Below, piece by piece: positions 12,128 to 22,629 of a stretch of 64,000 bases of DNA. Under the pieces are notes generated by a model. It was not told where the DNA came from. It saw nothing but the letters and a program-made list of their open reading frames with translations, and did no database searches. This stretch comes from Rhynchopus sp. YZ270_cl-10 (taxonomy: Eukaryota), in the NCBI GenBank assembly GCA_964035575.1, contig OZ037834.1, positions 806,001-870,000 of the forward strand. Reading direction: 5' to 3'. The position numbers and the translations under genes were made by a program. The stretch's first letter is position 1, and each line of letters begins with the position of its first letter.

Positions 12128-14151
12128 CTTTTTTTCTTTTTTTTATTTAATGTTCCTCAATAAACCTTCTGTGGTGTGAAATGAAGTGTGGGGTTGGGGT
12201 TGGGGTTAGGGTGGTGTTCTGCAGCTTACGTCAAAACAATGTCTTTTATGTCTTTTATGTCTTTTATCCCCAAAAACCCAGATTTTAAAAGACATTAAAA
12301 GACGTAAAAGACGTAAAAGACGTCTTTTATATAAAAGACGTTGGGGAGGCCTAGTAAAGGGTCAATTTTACAAAACCAGATTTTGAGGAAAATTTTAGCC
12401 GAAAATGGGCCCCACGTATAAGGAACCGGGCTCATATTTCTCAAAATTTAAGTGGTCAAAAAATTGTCCAATTTTCGAGATTGACCCCACCACTGCACGG
12501 GCGGATCCCAAAAATGCAAATAAGGACCCTTTTCAACTTACCTTCCTTCACCCCCCCCTGTAAGGGCAACCGTAGGTGAAGTAAGGTATAGTATTGAAAT
12601 CGATGTGGGGGGGAGTAAAGGGTCAATTTTACAAAACCAGATTTTGAGGAAAATTTTAGCCGAAAATGGGCCCCACGTATAAGGAACCGGGCTCATATTT
12701 CTCAAAATTTAAGTGGTCAAAAAATTGTCCAATTTTCGAGATTGACCCCACCACTGCACGGGCGGATCCCAAAAATGCAAATAAGGACCCTTTTAAATTT
12801 TCAACTTACCTTCCTTCACCCCCCCCTGTAAGGGCAACCGTAGGTGAAGTAAGGTATAGTATTGAAATCGATGTGGGGGGGAGTAAAGGGTCAATTTTAC
12901 AAAACCAGATTTTGAGGAAAATTTTAGCCGAAAATGGGCCCCACGTATAAGGAACCGGGCTCATATTTCTCAAAATTTAAGTGGTCAAAAAATTGTCCAA
13001 TTTTCGAGATTGACCCCACCACTGCACGGGCGGATCCCAAAAATGCAAATAAGGACCCTTTTAAATTTTCAACTTACCTTCCTTCACCCCCCCCTGTAAG
13101 GGCAACCGTAGGTGAAGTAAGGTATAGTATTGAAATCGATGTGGGGGGGAGTAAAGGGTCAATTTTACAAAACCAGATTTTGAGGAAAATTTTAGCCGAA
13201 AATGGGCCCCACGTATAAGGAACCGGGCTCATATTTCTCAAAATTTAAGTGGTCAAAAAATTGTCCAATTTTCGAGATTGACCCCACCACTGCACGGGCG
13301 GATCCCAAAAATGCAAATAAGGACCCTTTTCAACTTACCTTCCTTCACCCCCCCCTGTAAGGGCAACCGTAGGTGAAGTAAGGTATAGTATTGAAATCGA
13401 TGTGGGGGGGGAGTAAAGGGTCAATTTTACAAAACCAGATTTTGAGGAAAATTTTAGCCGAAAATGGGCCCCACGTATAAGGAACCGGGCTCATATTTCT
13501 CAAAATTTAAGTGGTCAAAAAATTGTCCAATTTTCGAGATTGACCCCACCACTGCACGGGCGGATCCCAAAAATGCAAATAAGGACCCTTTTAAATTTGT
13601 TCTCTTGAAATGTGTAATTTCATGTTTTCGCGAAAAAAATGACAACTGATCCTACAAGGGTTGAAGGAAGGTGGTTGAAAACAACAGTAACAAGGACAAG
13701 TAATTGCCAAGAAAAAACGGGGTGTGCTATGGAAAACTCCGCGCGATTTTCGAAACCACCGTAGCATCCTGGCGATTTGCTGGAGGTGCTGATGTGCCTG
13801 GTGTGATCGATGTGTTGTAGTCTGTGCATTCTGTGTTCCTTCCGCACTTCTCCAACGACGACGACAATGTGGGGAGCCTGTGGACAAAAACGAGCTGGAC
13901 CACGCCGAGCCTGCCGAGCCGACGTCCAATAACGCTCTCGAGCAGATGATGCTGGATGAAGAGGACAGCCCCCCTTCTTGAACGTTTCAGATGCTGGCGT
14001 CCCAGTGGGTCTGGCAGCGTACGAAGAGCGTTAGCATACCTGCAGAAGAGCAGAATGCTGGGCGTGTTGTAGATTATTTCTACAGGATGGAGTTCCACAT
14101 TACACCCCGTTTTTTTTCCGATAGCAATTACTTGTTTTTTTTTGAGTATCA

Positions 14152-14253
14152 CTGGGGGGGGTCGAAAAAAGCAAAAAACCCATTTTTCAAATGCGTGCTT
14201 TATTTGACGTACGTGCTTTATTCGAATTACCTCGTTTATTCGGCCCCCCCCAG
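14152..14253. mobile_element. Short MITE with CTGGGGGGGG(T/C)CGAA TIRs
   Basis: Ends ctggggggggtcgaa...ttcggccccccccag, the same termini as the element at 35262-36481. Confidence 0.7.
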
Positions 14254-14745
14254 TAAACAACTAATAGGGGTAATTCTTGCGCGAGAATATGGCTCCAGAA
14301 TTGTGTGTGAGTGTGATCAAAAGTTTCCCACGTACTAAAGTGCCTTTGAAAAAAAAAAAAAAATGAAAAAAGAACGAAAAAAAATAATAATTGCCATCCA
14401 GTGTGAGCGTGTATGTGCATTTTGTTTGTTTTGTTTGTTTCTTTTTTGCCAAGCGTTATTTGTGGTAAGCATGTTAAAACTCTTCATTTATTTTTTGTCA
14501 TTTTTAAGGTGTTGCGTGCCTAACCGCTGTGAGATGTGTGTACATCTCCAAAAATTTTCTTTTTTTTTTTTCCAATGTGATGTTCAAGCAGGAAAGACAT
14601 AACATGGTAGTCTGGCCGATTCTGCTTTTCCAGACTTTTCCACACTTTGAAAAAGTCAAAATTGGGTGTCTAGGACGAGTACATCTATTCTTAGGAAGTG
14701 GGTTGCTGTCCGCACCAGACAGTTACATGTTTTTTTTTTTTTTTT

Positions 14746-14822
14746 GGGTGTCCACCCCCCGGTCCACCCGGTTATGTACCAAGGAACACTGTTCACGAGA
14801 GGGCTTTGTATTTCAACTCTAC
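14746..14822 (+). repeat. Dispersed repeat R4: CACCCGGT..GTACCAA..ACACTGTTCACGAGAGGG..GTATTTCAA
   Basis: Copies near 14746, 15722, 19398, 42568, 53670 and 56040. Confidence 0.8.
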
Positions 14823-15287
14823 CTTTTTTTTTTAGAGTTTATCAATTTACTTATTTAGCTGAAAGTGTGTGTATGTGTGTTTGATAACTAGTAGGGGTAA
14901 TTCTTGCTCAGAATATGGCCCCATGTGTATGTGTGTGTGTGCACACCCTGCCAAAGGATCCCTCTTCGGATGTGTGTGTGCACGAGAGACGCACAATTCA
15001 TGTTACAGGGTTTCTTCTTCTTCATTTTGCTCCGACCACTCTCTTCCTGATCTACCCTTAGTTACCAATCATGTTATTTTAACCCAAAATTTTGTTTTTC
15101 CGTTTAGTTTTGTACTTTTTTTTAAAGGCGACTCAGCACAAGAGAGAGGCTGTGGTTCATCTCATAAAACTTTTCTTTTAAGAACGAGGCTTTTTAGGCA
15201 CTCAAAAGCATTTTATCTCCCCTTTTTTGTTTCTTTCTTATTGCTGTGTGCGTTTATTGCTATTACCATTATTCTTCAAGCAGAGGT

Positions 15288-15422
15288 GGTGTGGCTGAAA
15301 GGGGGTGCTATTGTTGTGCTATTTTTCTGCTATTCTGGGCATCTGGATTTGGTGCAGCGTGAAGGGAGGTGCTATTTTATGCTACTTTTTTCTGTTATTT
15401 TGGGGTCGTCAGAGCCACACCA
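15288..15422. mobile_element. MITE family TGGTGTGGC...GCCACACCA
   Basis: Related copies at ~18811-18878, 21031-21170, 24590-24656 (3' part), 37331-37399 and 52321-52454. Internal GCTA(T/C)TTT repeats. Confidence 0.85.
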
Positions 15423-15509
15423 GTAGAGGGGCTTTAGGTCATCTGACAGATGGTTCTCTTTGCTTTATTGTTAGAAAGACCCCCAACCGGAAGCGCTACA
15501 TCAACACAA

Positions 15510-15596
15510 GGCCATGGAAGTCGGCTTCCGATAATGAGTGTGTAACAACTCACCTTGCCGAATGAACCTGTCCCGAAAATGGATGGTGCTCAAGCG
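15510..15596 (+). pseudogene. Isolated, diverged LSU (28S-type) rRNA fragment from the GTPase-associated centre region
   Basis: GGCCATGGAAGTCGG..CCG.TAA.GAGTGTGTAACAACTCACC.TGCCGAAT...GAAAATGGATGG.GCTCAAGCG matches the conserved eukaryotic LSU sequence. No other rDNA is recognisable nearby. Confidence 0.85.
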
Positions 15597-16643
15597 ACCC
15601 ACCCTGTCTTCAATGATTGATCCCCTATTAACCTGATGAGTGGAAGCGGGAGTAGAACATATCAGATGTAAACCTCGAAATGGATTGTAGGACTGCATTG
15701 GTTGGGGAGGGGAAGTCTCCCTTAGGTACACCCGGTCATTTGAACCGAGAGGTACAAACTGTTCATGAGAGGGGGCTTTTTTTTTGTGTTTCAAGAAGAC
15801 AAAAACTTTTTATTTATTTTTATTTTTCTTTTGTCCCACCTCCCCCCCCGCATCTCTCTGTTTGAGTGCCCAAACATCGCAGCATATTGGAGGCTTTGTC
15901 ATCTACGTTGCCGTACAGAAAAAAAAGAGATTTAATTTTTTTTTAAGAATGTTATACACTATGCACATGCTCGAACACGTCATCGTACGTGCCAAAATTA
16001 CGAACTCCGGCTGGGGAAATGATCATCCCTGACAACAAACTTGTAGAAGCCAGCGCAGCTGATGCTGTGCGATAACGAATATGATAAGGTGACTAAGCAC
16101 TTAATTAAGTAATCTAATCAGACTAAGCACGAGAGCTTAGGACCATCTTATAAACTTTTCATTTACTTTCACCGGTCGTGTAGGTCCACGACATCCAACC
16201 CACCCACCCCCTTCTCCTCTCCTCATCACATCGCACACAGACTACACCTCACGCATCTTCCCCCTCCCTCTTTGCCTATATTTGTTTCTTGCATTTTTTT
16301 TTTTTTTGCCACCCTCCCCCCACTTAGCCCCAATCGCTTGCATTATTCCATGCGCGCAGGCACTTAGAACACAAAAAAAAACATACAATACCCCCTTTAG
16401 TAGCCATAGTGGGGCACACTCTAGGGTGGCTACACTAATACCACCAAGTTTTCAAAAAAACATACAATACTCCCTTTCAGTGACCACCACCTCTCATGGT
16501 GGTTGGTTTCGCTACAATTCTTTTTTCTCTCATCTCACGGTGACATACCTAAGCAGGCGCTTACCCATCATCTAGAGAAATCTCTTTTTTTAACAACGTC
16601 TTTATTTTCTTTTTTTTCCCCCCCCCACCCCACCCCTCACGAC

Positions 16644-18734
16644 ATGCTGTCAGTTTTGATACCTTTTATTGTCCTGAGCGATACTACTTATGAGCTTGGA
16701 GGTGAAGGCGGGGTGGTCGATGTATTGATGCAGGACAAAATTGAGGACAGTATATGGACCGTACAGTGCGACGGAACGTTTGAACTTTGCTACCTCAACG
16801 ACTTTGGCGGGACCTTCTATGTGACCCACGCAGGCAATTCACTTGTCAACCAGAAAGGGGAATATGGCTTCCGCACCACCGAACACTTTACCACAAACGG
16901 CACCGTCACTCTGACAGCCCATATCAAATGGACCTCCGGGAACAAAAAGGTCCTCTTTTCTTGGTCCTGCAACGGCCCCGCTGCCCCGCTTCCCGCCTCT
17001 CTCAACAAAGCCGGCGAGGTTTCTTATAGATCTGAATACCCCGATGAAGGGGTGCTGTGGACTATAACGTGCCAGTACAGACCGCTTCTGCTCACATGGT
17101 TGTATTTTAATGGGGATGGTGTGCTGCATTTTAAGCGTTATCCCGACGGCGGGGAGACGATGGTGATGGACATCGAAGCGGAGGAGAACAGGTTGGTGAG
17201 CCTCACCCTGCCTGCTTCCAGCTCGTACACCTATGTCTCCTTGAAGTACAGTTTCAGCCGTGGAGGGTTTGCTTTTCGTTACTTCTGTGGTGACACGACA
17301 GAAGCACCGCCCACCTCTGGTCCGCCTACTGCCATTCCAACGGAGGTACCACCCACACCCCCTAAGACGCACATAGAGGACACGTTGTTGCCTAATACAC
17401 CAGGGGATAGGTTGTGGCATGTGTCCTGTTACGGTGTGTTCGCGCTGCACTACGTGAACGATTTCGGCGGGGATTTTATTGTAAGCAACGGCGGCCCGAC
17501 GCACCTCGCGCAGAGCCCCGGGGATGACACCGTGCCTGTCGAGATGAGCTTTGCGTCGTGGGGCGAGGTGACGCTGCTGGCCCACGCGACCTACTGGTCT
17601 GGAAACAAAAAGGTGCTGTTCACGTGGGGCTGCAACACAGCGGCACCTCCGCTGCCCCCTGCAGGGAACACTGCTGGCAATGTGACGCACCTGCTGTACT
17701 CAGGCGGGGAGAACGTTGTGTGGGATATATTGTGCGAAGAGAACACACACATCATGTGGTCGTCCTTCGACACCAACACCTACGACGTTGTCACGATCAC
17801 TGGAGAAGATGCTGGACACATCGTCACACTGCTCCGCACCTCCGGCACCGTCCTCCCTAACACAACTACCTACAAAGGACACATCTCCGTCCATTTTGTT
17901 AGCACCACCCCCGGTACAGGGTTTTCCTTTCGCTATGAATGCCGTTCCACAGACGTGACCACACACACCTCTTCAGGTCTCATAGAAGAAACCCTTCTTG
18001 GGCAAAACAGATCATGGCAGGTGGCCTGCAAAGGGGAGCTGGAAGTGGTGTATCTCAACTCCTTTGAAGGCAATTTCACTGTCAGTATTGACGGAGGTCC
18101 ATCATATGTGAACACCAATGGGAACAAAACGGAGCTGAGCACGGTACACCATTCTATCAAAGAGGTTGCCACCTTTGCAGTATCCCTTTCAAACGATGGG
18201 TCTTCCACGCATGGGGCGGTCTTTGTGTCGTGGGGTTGCAACACCGCAGCCTCCCCCCTCCAACACGAACCATCTGAGAACGTGACACTCGAAATCCGTT
18301 GCGACTCGCATGCACAGATCACGTGGCAGGCCTTTACCGAAACGGACACCCCGGAGTACACAGCGCTGCTCCGCCTCTACGAGAGCGGTGTTCACGACAC
18401 CCTCCACCTCCAGGTAGGTGATTCCGTGTACAGTGGAGGCGATCTCCTCCAGGTTCTTCCTGGCAGGTCTGGGTACGCTCATGCATTGGTGTGTGTCGAG
18501 ATCGAGGTCGAGGAGGAGGGGTTGCTAGGGGAGGAGACGGGGGGGTCAGAGAAGAGCACCTTCCCTGTGTCGGGGCTGGTGGCGGTGGTCTCTGCGTGCT
18601 TGTGTGCGGCGGCGGCGGGGGTGTTTGCCTTCACAGGAGGGAAGGGGGACGGCAAGACGGAGGGAGGTGAAAAAGAGATGTCGGCACAACACGATATGGT
18701 TCAGCAGGTGGATGCGCACCCGCTACTGTTGTGA
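16644..18734 (+). CDS. Type I membrane/surface protein with repeated CUB-like modules and a Pro/Thr linker
   Basis: Likely start MLSVLIPFIVLS (signal peptide). Three W-x-V-x-C..Y(L/V)N(D/S)F(G/E)G..SW-x-CN modules alternate with CUB-like units (FDTNTYDVV, GFSFRYEC). C-terminal TM segment LVAVVSACLCAAAAGVFAF. Confidence 0.8.
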   Translation: MLSVLIPFIVLSDTTYELGGEGGVVDVLMQDKIEDSIWTVQCDGTFELCYLNDFGGTFYVTHAGNSLVNQKGEYGFRTTEHFTTNGTVTLTAHIKWTSGNKKVLFSWSCNGPAAPLPASLNKAGEVSYRSEYPDEGVLWTITCQYRPLLLTWLYFNGDGVLHFKRYPDGGETMVMDIEAEENRLVSLTLPASSSYTYVSLKYSFSRGGFAFRYFCGDTTEAPPTSGPPTAIPTEVPPTPPKTHIEDTLLPNTPGDRLWHVSCYGVFALHYVNDFGGDFIVSNGGPTHLAQSPGDDTVPVEMSFASWGEVTLLAHATYWSGNKKVLFTWGCNTAAPPLPPAGNTAGNVTHLLYSGGENVVWDILCEENTHIMWSSFDTNTYDVVTITGEDAGHIVTLLRTSGTVLPNTTTYKGHISVHFVSTTPGTGFSFRYECRSTDVTTHTSSGLIEETLLGQNRSWQVACKGELEVVYLNSFEGNFTVSIDGGPSYVNTNGNKTELSTVHHSIKEVATFAVSLSNDGSSTHGAVFVSWGCNTAASPLQHEPSENVTLEIRCDSHAQITWQAFTETDTPEYTALLRLYESGVHDTLHLQVGDSVYSGGDLLQVLPGRSGYAHALVCVEIEVEEEGLLGEETGGSEKSTFPVSGLVAVVSACLCAAAAGVFAFTGGKGDGKTEGGEKEMSAQHDMVQQVDAHPLLL

Positions 18735-20719
18735 AAAAAGGGGGGAGGTGTTTTTTTTTGATTTTTTCGAGCAGCGTGCCCCGAGAAAGGAAGTACAACA
18801 AAAGCGGAATGTGTTGTAGCTGAAAGGGGGTGCTCCTTTTCTGCTACTTTCTGCTATTTTGGGGGTCGTCGGCCACACAGAATGTGTTGCATACCAATAG
18901 AGGGATGCGAGGGGAGGGTGGGGGAGGGGGAATAGGGTACAACTTTTTTTGGGGGTGTTTTTTTTTCTGGGTGGGCCTGCATTGAGGTGTTTGTACTTAT
19001 TCAACTTCACTTTTTTTTTTGTGCTTTTATCCGGACGGCTGGCGTACCGGAGGTGCCCGCATTCAGCTACCTTATTTTTTAGCTAAAAATTGGGTTTCTG
19101 TTTCACCTGTTCTGTTGTTGGCCACATGGGTACGTGATCATGGGTGTTTGATTGGTTGCTTTCATCCAGGCTGGCATGGTCTGCGAGTCAGTCGCAGAGG
19201 TGTGTGCCTGCAAGACCTGCCATTGTTCTTCAAGGAACTGTTGTTTGTGGTTGCACGGAGAGCACACTTCAGTCGTCAACTCAAACGCTCTCTCTTTTGT
19301 TTCTTTAGTTTTGTTTTCTTTTTTTTTAGTTTTGTTTCACTCTTGAGACACTCACATGTCATGTGTGTAGGTGTCAACGTCCGATTTTTGTTTAAAAGGT
19401 ACATTGTCACGAGAGGGGGCTTTGTATTTCAAGTCATTTTGTTTTTTTGTTTGTTATGCTTATACGCAGTGTATCAGAAACTGGACCTGATTTACTGCCA
19501 AAAGGTAATTTTGTCAACACGCTTTCCTCCCCCTTTGAATCGTTCCCTTCAAACCCCACCGAAAGAGCTCCTAAGAATGGCTGCGGTCAACGAAAAGAAG
19601 AAGAGAAAAAAAATAGACACAAGTATTAGATTGGTGATGCAAATCAGTGGCAAAATTGGTTGCTCGTCAGCCGCTATTTCGCTACACCTTCGTTATGAAA
19701 TAGGTGTGTATTTTTTTTATTTTGTGGCAAAAGTGTCACATTTTGCTTTTAATGATGTCCAGTGTACACTTGTGCGGTGCCAGAAGTCCGTGGTCCGCTG
19801 GGATTTTTGGTCCACAGATGCTCAAAAGTTATTATGAGCGCCAAAAAAATGTTTTACTTTTTGTTCTCTTTTCCCAATGTCACTTTTTACTTCTGTCTTC
19901 CTTTCTTTGTAAGTAGTTCACAGTGGTTAAAAGCTAAACGGCAGAATTACCTTCGGGCAAAACTTTTCTTAGGCAGGTTCTTCACGGCGGAGCTTTCTTT
20001 ACCCACTTTCTATGTATTTTTTTTGTTCAATTCTAGTATTCTTTTTTATACGTCTCCGGCATCCCTTCCTCCCAGTGCACAAAGGTGACACACAGTGTCA
20101 CATAAATAGTGCCCTGTGAAGGAGGTACTATCTTACCCAGGGACACCCTCGGGGGGCTCGTTTTCCCAACGTTTTGTGTTTTGTCTTCTTTCTTTCTTTT
20201 TCGGGTCAGACCAAGGGAGTTACTATTCCCTTGCCAAACCCACGAGGTGGATGAAGTGTTGCTGTTACTGTATTTCCTCCCGTGGGAAGGGGTATACGGG
20301 GACTATTCTGTTTGTTGTCCTCCAGGAGGGAAAACCGTCCCCACCCCCCTACCAAACGTTAAGAGGGGGCTATATGAAACCCTGCTCACATGGTATCCGC
20401 AATACAAAAAAAAAAGACACATTTTTTTTTTTTGTATACACGCTCTCTCTCTCCACGGTCCACATCAGCCTCTGTGGCTGATGTGAAAGTGGGTGTGAAA
20501 ATGGGTTGGTGTGACCACATCAGCCGGCTGCTGTGGCACACCAGCCGGCTGATGTGGCACAGGGAAAGGGACTCTCGAAAAATTTTTTTTGCCCCCCTTT
20601 TGGGCTAATTTCGACCCGCAAACCCGTAAACCCGCAAACCCGTCGACATCTCTCTCTCCTCTCCCCATTTCTTTCACCCTCCACCAAAAAATGTGTGTTT
20701 CGAAGATGGTCGAGAGTGT

Positions 20720-20823
20720 TACGTAGTACGTAGTACGTAGTACGTAGTACGTAGTACGTAGTACGTAGTACGTAGTACGTAGTACGTAGTACGTAGTACG
20801 TAGTACGTAGTACGTAGTACGTA
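20720..20823. repeat. (TACGTAG)n 7-mer tandem repeat
   Basis: About 15 copies seen directly. Confidence 0.95.
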
Positions 20824-20933
20824 AAACATATCATATTACGTGGTCGTTGTGTGGGTATGGATTTCGAAACACTTACCACACCACCCTTTGTACAGAACCA
20901 ACCAAAAAACCACACTTTTTTTTTCTAAAAAAA

Positions 20934-21577
20934 ATGGAGAAGATCATTGCCGGAGCAGTGGGAATGGCGGGCATCACATACGTGGTAAACTCCCTCATCG
21001 GGGCTGAGTTCAACAGCAGGTATGTGTTATTGGTGTTGAAAGGGGGTGCTGTTTTTGTGCTATTTTTCTGCTATTTTTGGGATTTGGATTTTTTGGTGCG
21101 GCGTGAAGGGAGGTGCTATTCGGTGCTACTTTCTGCTATTTTTCTGCTATTTTGGGGTCGTCAGAGCCACAACCAGTTATGGGTTTCACAACACCTCGTG
21201 TGCCCTTGTCCACTTCATCTACAGTCGTACAAACGAGCACCTAACAGTTTCCCCCCAAAACACCTTTCGAAAGACCTCTATTGTATTTCATACAAAGTAA
21301 CGCGCCCTTCCTCTCCAACCCCCACGTCTACAAAACTATCAGGCAAAATTAAACAGAGCACAAAAGCACTTTCACAACAAAAAAAAGACAGTGGAGATTG
21401 CACAAACTGTGGCAACACAACTGAGGCAACTACACTACTCCAACAATTTATCAAAAAAAAAAAAATCATTTTTCAAACCCCCCAAACGCCTTTCCAAAAC
21501 ACCTCACACCCAGGTACGGCAAGGCTGGACCCAAGAACGTTGAGAAGGACGCCAGCCAGAGAGGAGGTGGACACTAA
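20934..21577 (+). CDS. Predicted 49-aa two-exon membrane microprotein
   Basis: Exons 20934-21019 (AG|GTATGT) and 21514-21577 (CCCAG|G) are phase-compatible and give MEKIIAGAVGMAGITYVVNSLIGAEFNSRYGKAGPKNVEKDASQRGGGH*. Confidence 0.6.
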
Positions 21578-22629
21578 GCGCCTTCTCCTACAACCCTTCC
21601 AACTTACCCCCTCCTCTCCTTTTTTACAGTGCCTGCCTCCATCAAAAGGTGTCCTCCTTTTGGTGGAGACATATTTTTTTTGCACTTCAACTTTTTTTTT
21701 TTGAGATGCTGTCGGCTTCCGGGATCATCTTCATAAAAAAATTTTGAGAAAAAAAAAATCCCCCTTTTTTTTTGAAAAGATGTGCCTAAATGTTGCAGGG
21801 TTGTTACTTTATTTCGCTTTTTTTTTTTACCGTTGTAACATCCTTGATTCGAGGCACATCGATTCCCTTTTTAAAAAAAGGTGACTAAGCACACCGAGAG
21901 AGGGCTTAGGTTCATCTTATAAAACCTTTTTTTTTTCGGTGTTGATTTCACACTAAGAGGAAAGCAGCGCTGAATCAGCTCCTCAACAGAAAAAAAAAAC
22001 CCTCCCACACACACACACACCCCAAAACCAATTACCTCGGACTTTAACATTCTTTTGAGTCCAGTAAACAAATCACCTGATTTTTACCTATTATGTATAG
22101 GCGTGTACAGAGGTCACGTATACGACGCGTATACAGTCCTATATGGTACAATACGGTCCAAAATTGCTTGCGCCTGTACACGACTATACGTGAGATAAAA
22201 AAAAAAATCGGGTGGAACAGCGAAAGATGTGAGAGAGTTTCGCTGGATTTTTTGCTCCGGTGCGAGGGATGGGATCGATTTTTTTTTTTGTGTGACGACG
22301 TAAAAAAGAAAGCCCCTCATACTTAGTAAAGGGGGTGTAATAAAAAAGCCTTTTTTTTTTTTTTTGTGTGTTCCCTTTTTGTTTTTTTTTTAGTGGTTAT
22401 CTGACAACTTTTCTCTTTTCTATATGTTTTTTTCCCCCTCCCAAAACAAAATTCTTTTTATACAATTCTATATGGTATATATTGGGGAAGCTGAAGCACC
22501 CAAGGGAACATAAGCTAATTTTTAGCGGGGACTTTTTTTCAAAATGGATTCAGCTGTTTTTTTCAGAACGTCCATTATACTTTCTCTTCTTTGGTTTGAA
22601 AGATTATGAAACTCTTTTTTTTTATATCA

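Larger units (their letters stand above)
9289..12353 (-). mobile_element. hAT superfamily DNA transposon (3065 bp)
   Basis: Perfect 13-bp TIR TAGGCCTCCCCAA. 8-bp TSD GTAAAGGG at 9281-9288 and 12354-12361; uninterrupted satellite units carry a single GTAAAGGG. Subterminal AAAGAC(A/G)T repeats at both ends. Contains a transposase. Confidence 0.95.
8667..13598. repeat. Tandem satellite array, 7 units of 261-269 bp, interrupted by a hAT transposon
   Basis: Unit marker CAACTTACC at 8669, 8938, 9199, 12534, 12802, 13070 and 13331. Units are almost identical, with two length variants (with or without a 7-bp AAATTTT-type segment). Confidence 0.97.

Noticed and set aside
12188..12212. Telomere-like GGGGTT/TTAGGG run
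   Set aside because: Only 3-4 imperfect units inside the hAT 5' region; too short to call.
8802..13649. Repeated 94-aa ORFs (MGPTYKEP...) and a CRISPR-like reading of the array
   Set aside because: The ORFs are by-products of identical satellite units. There are no unique spacers and no cas genes.
13640..14110. Coding-like segments (also ~2090-2440, 47380-47970, 58900-59430)
   Set aside because: Interrupted frames with no motif I can identify. They may be decayed genes or transposons, but no call is supportable.
16503..16643. ORF-track N-terminal extensions (also 30438, 41943, 48032, 54200, 58153)
   Set aside because: They cross low-complexity leader or repeat DNA; downstream ATGs give sensible N-termini.
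19019..19837. 272-aa ORF
   Set aside because: Starts at a non-ATG codon in a T-run, is Phe-rich and crosses repeats R6 and R4; not credible as a protein.
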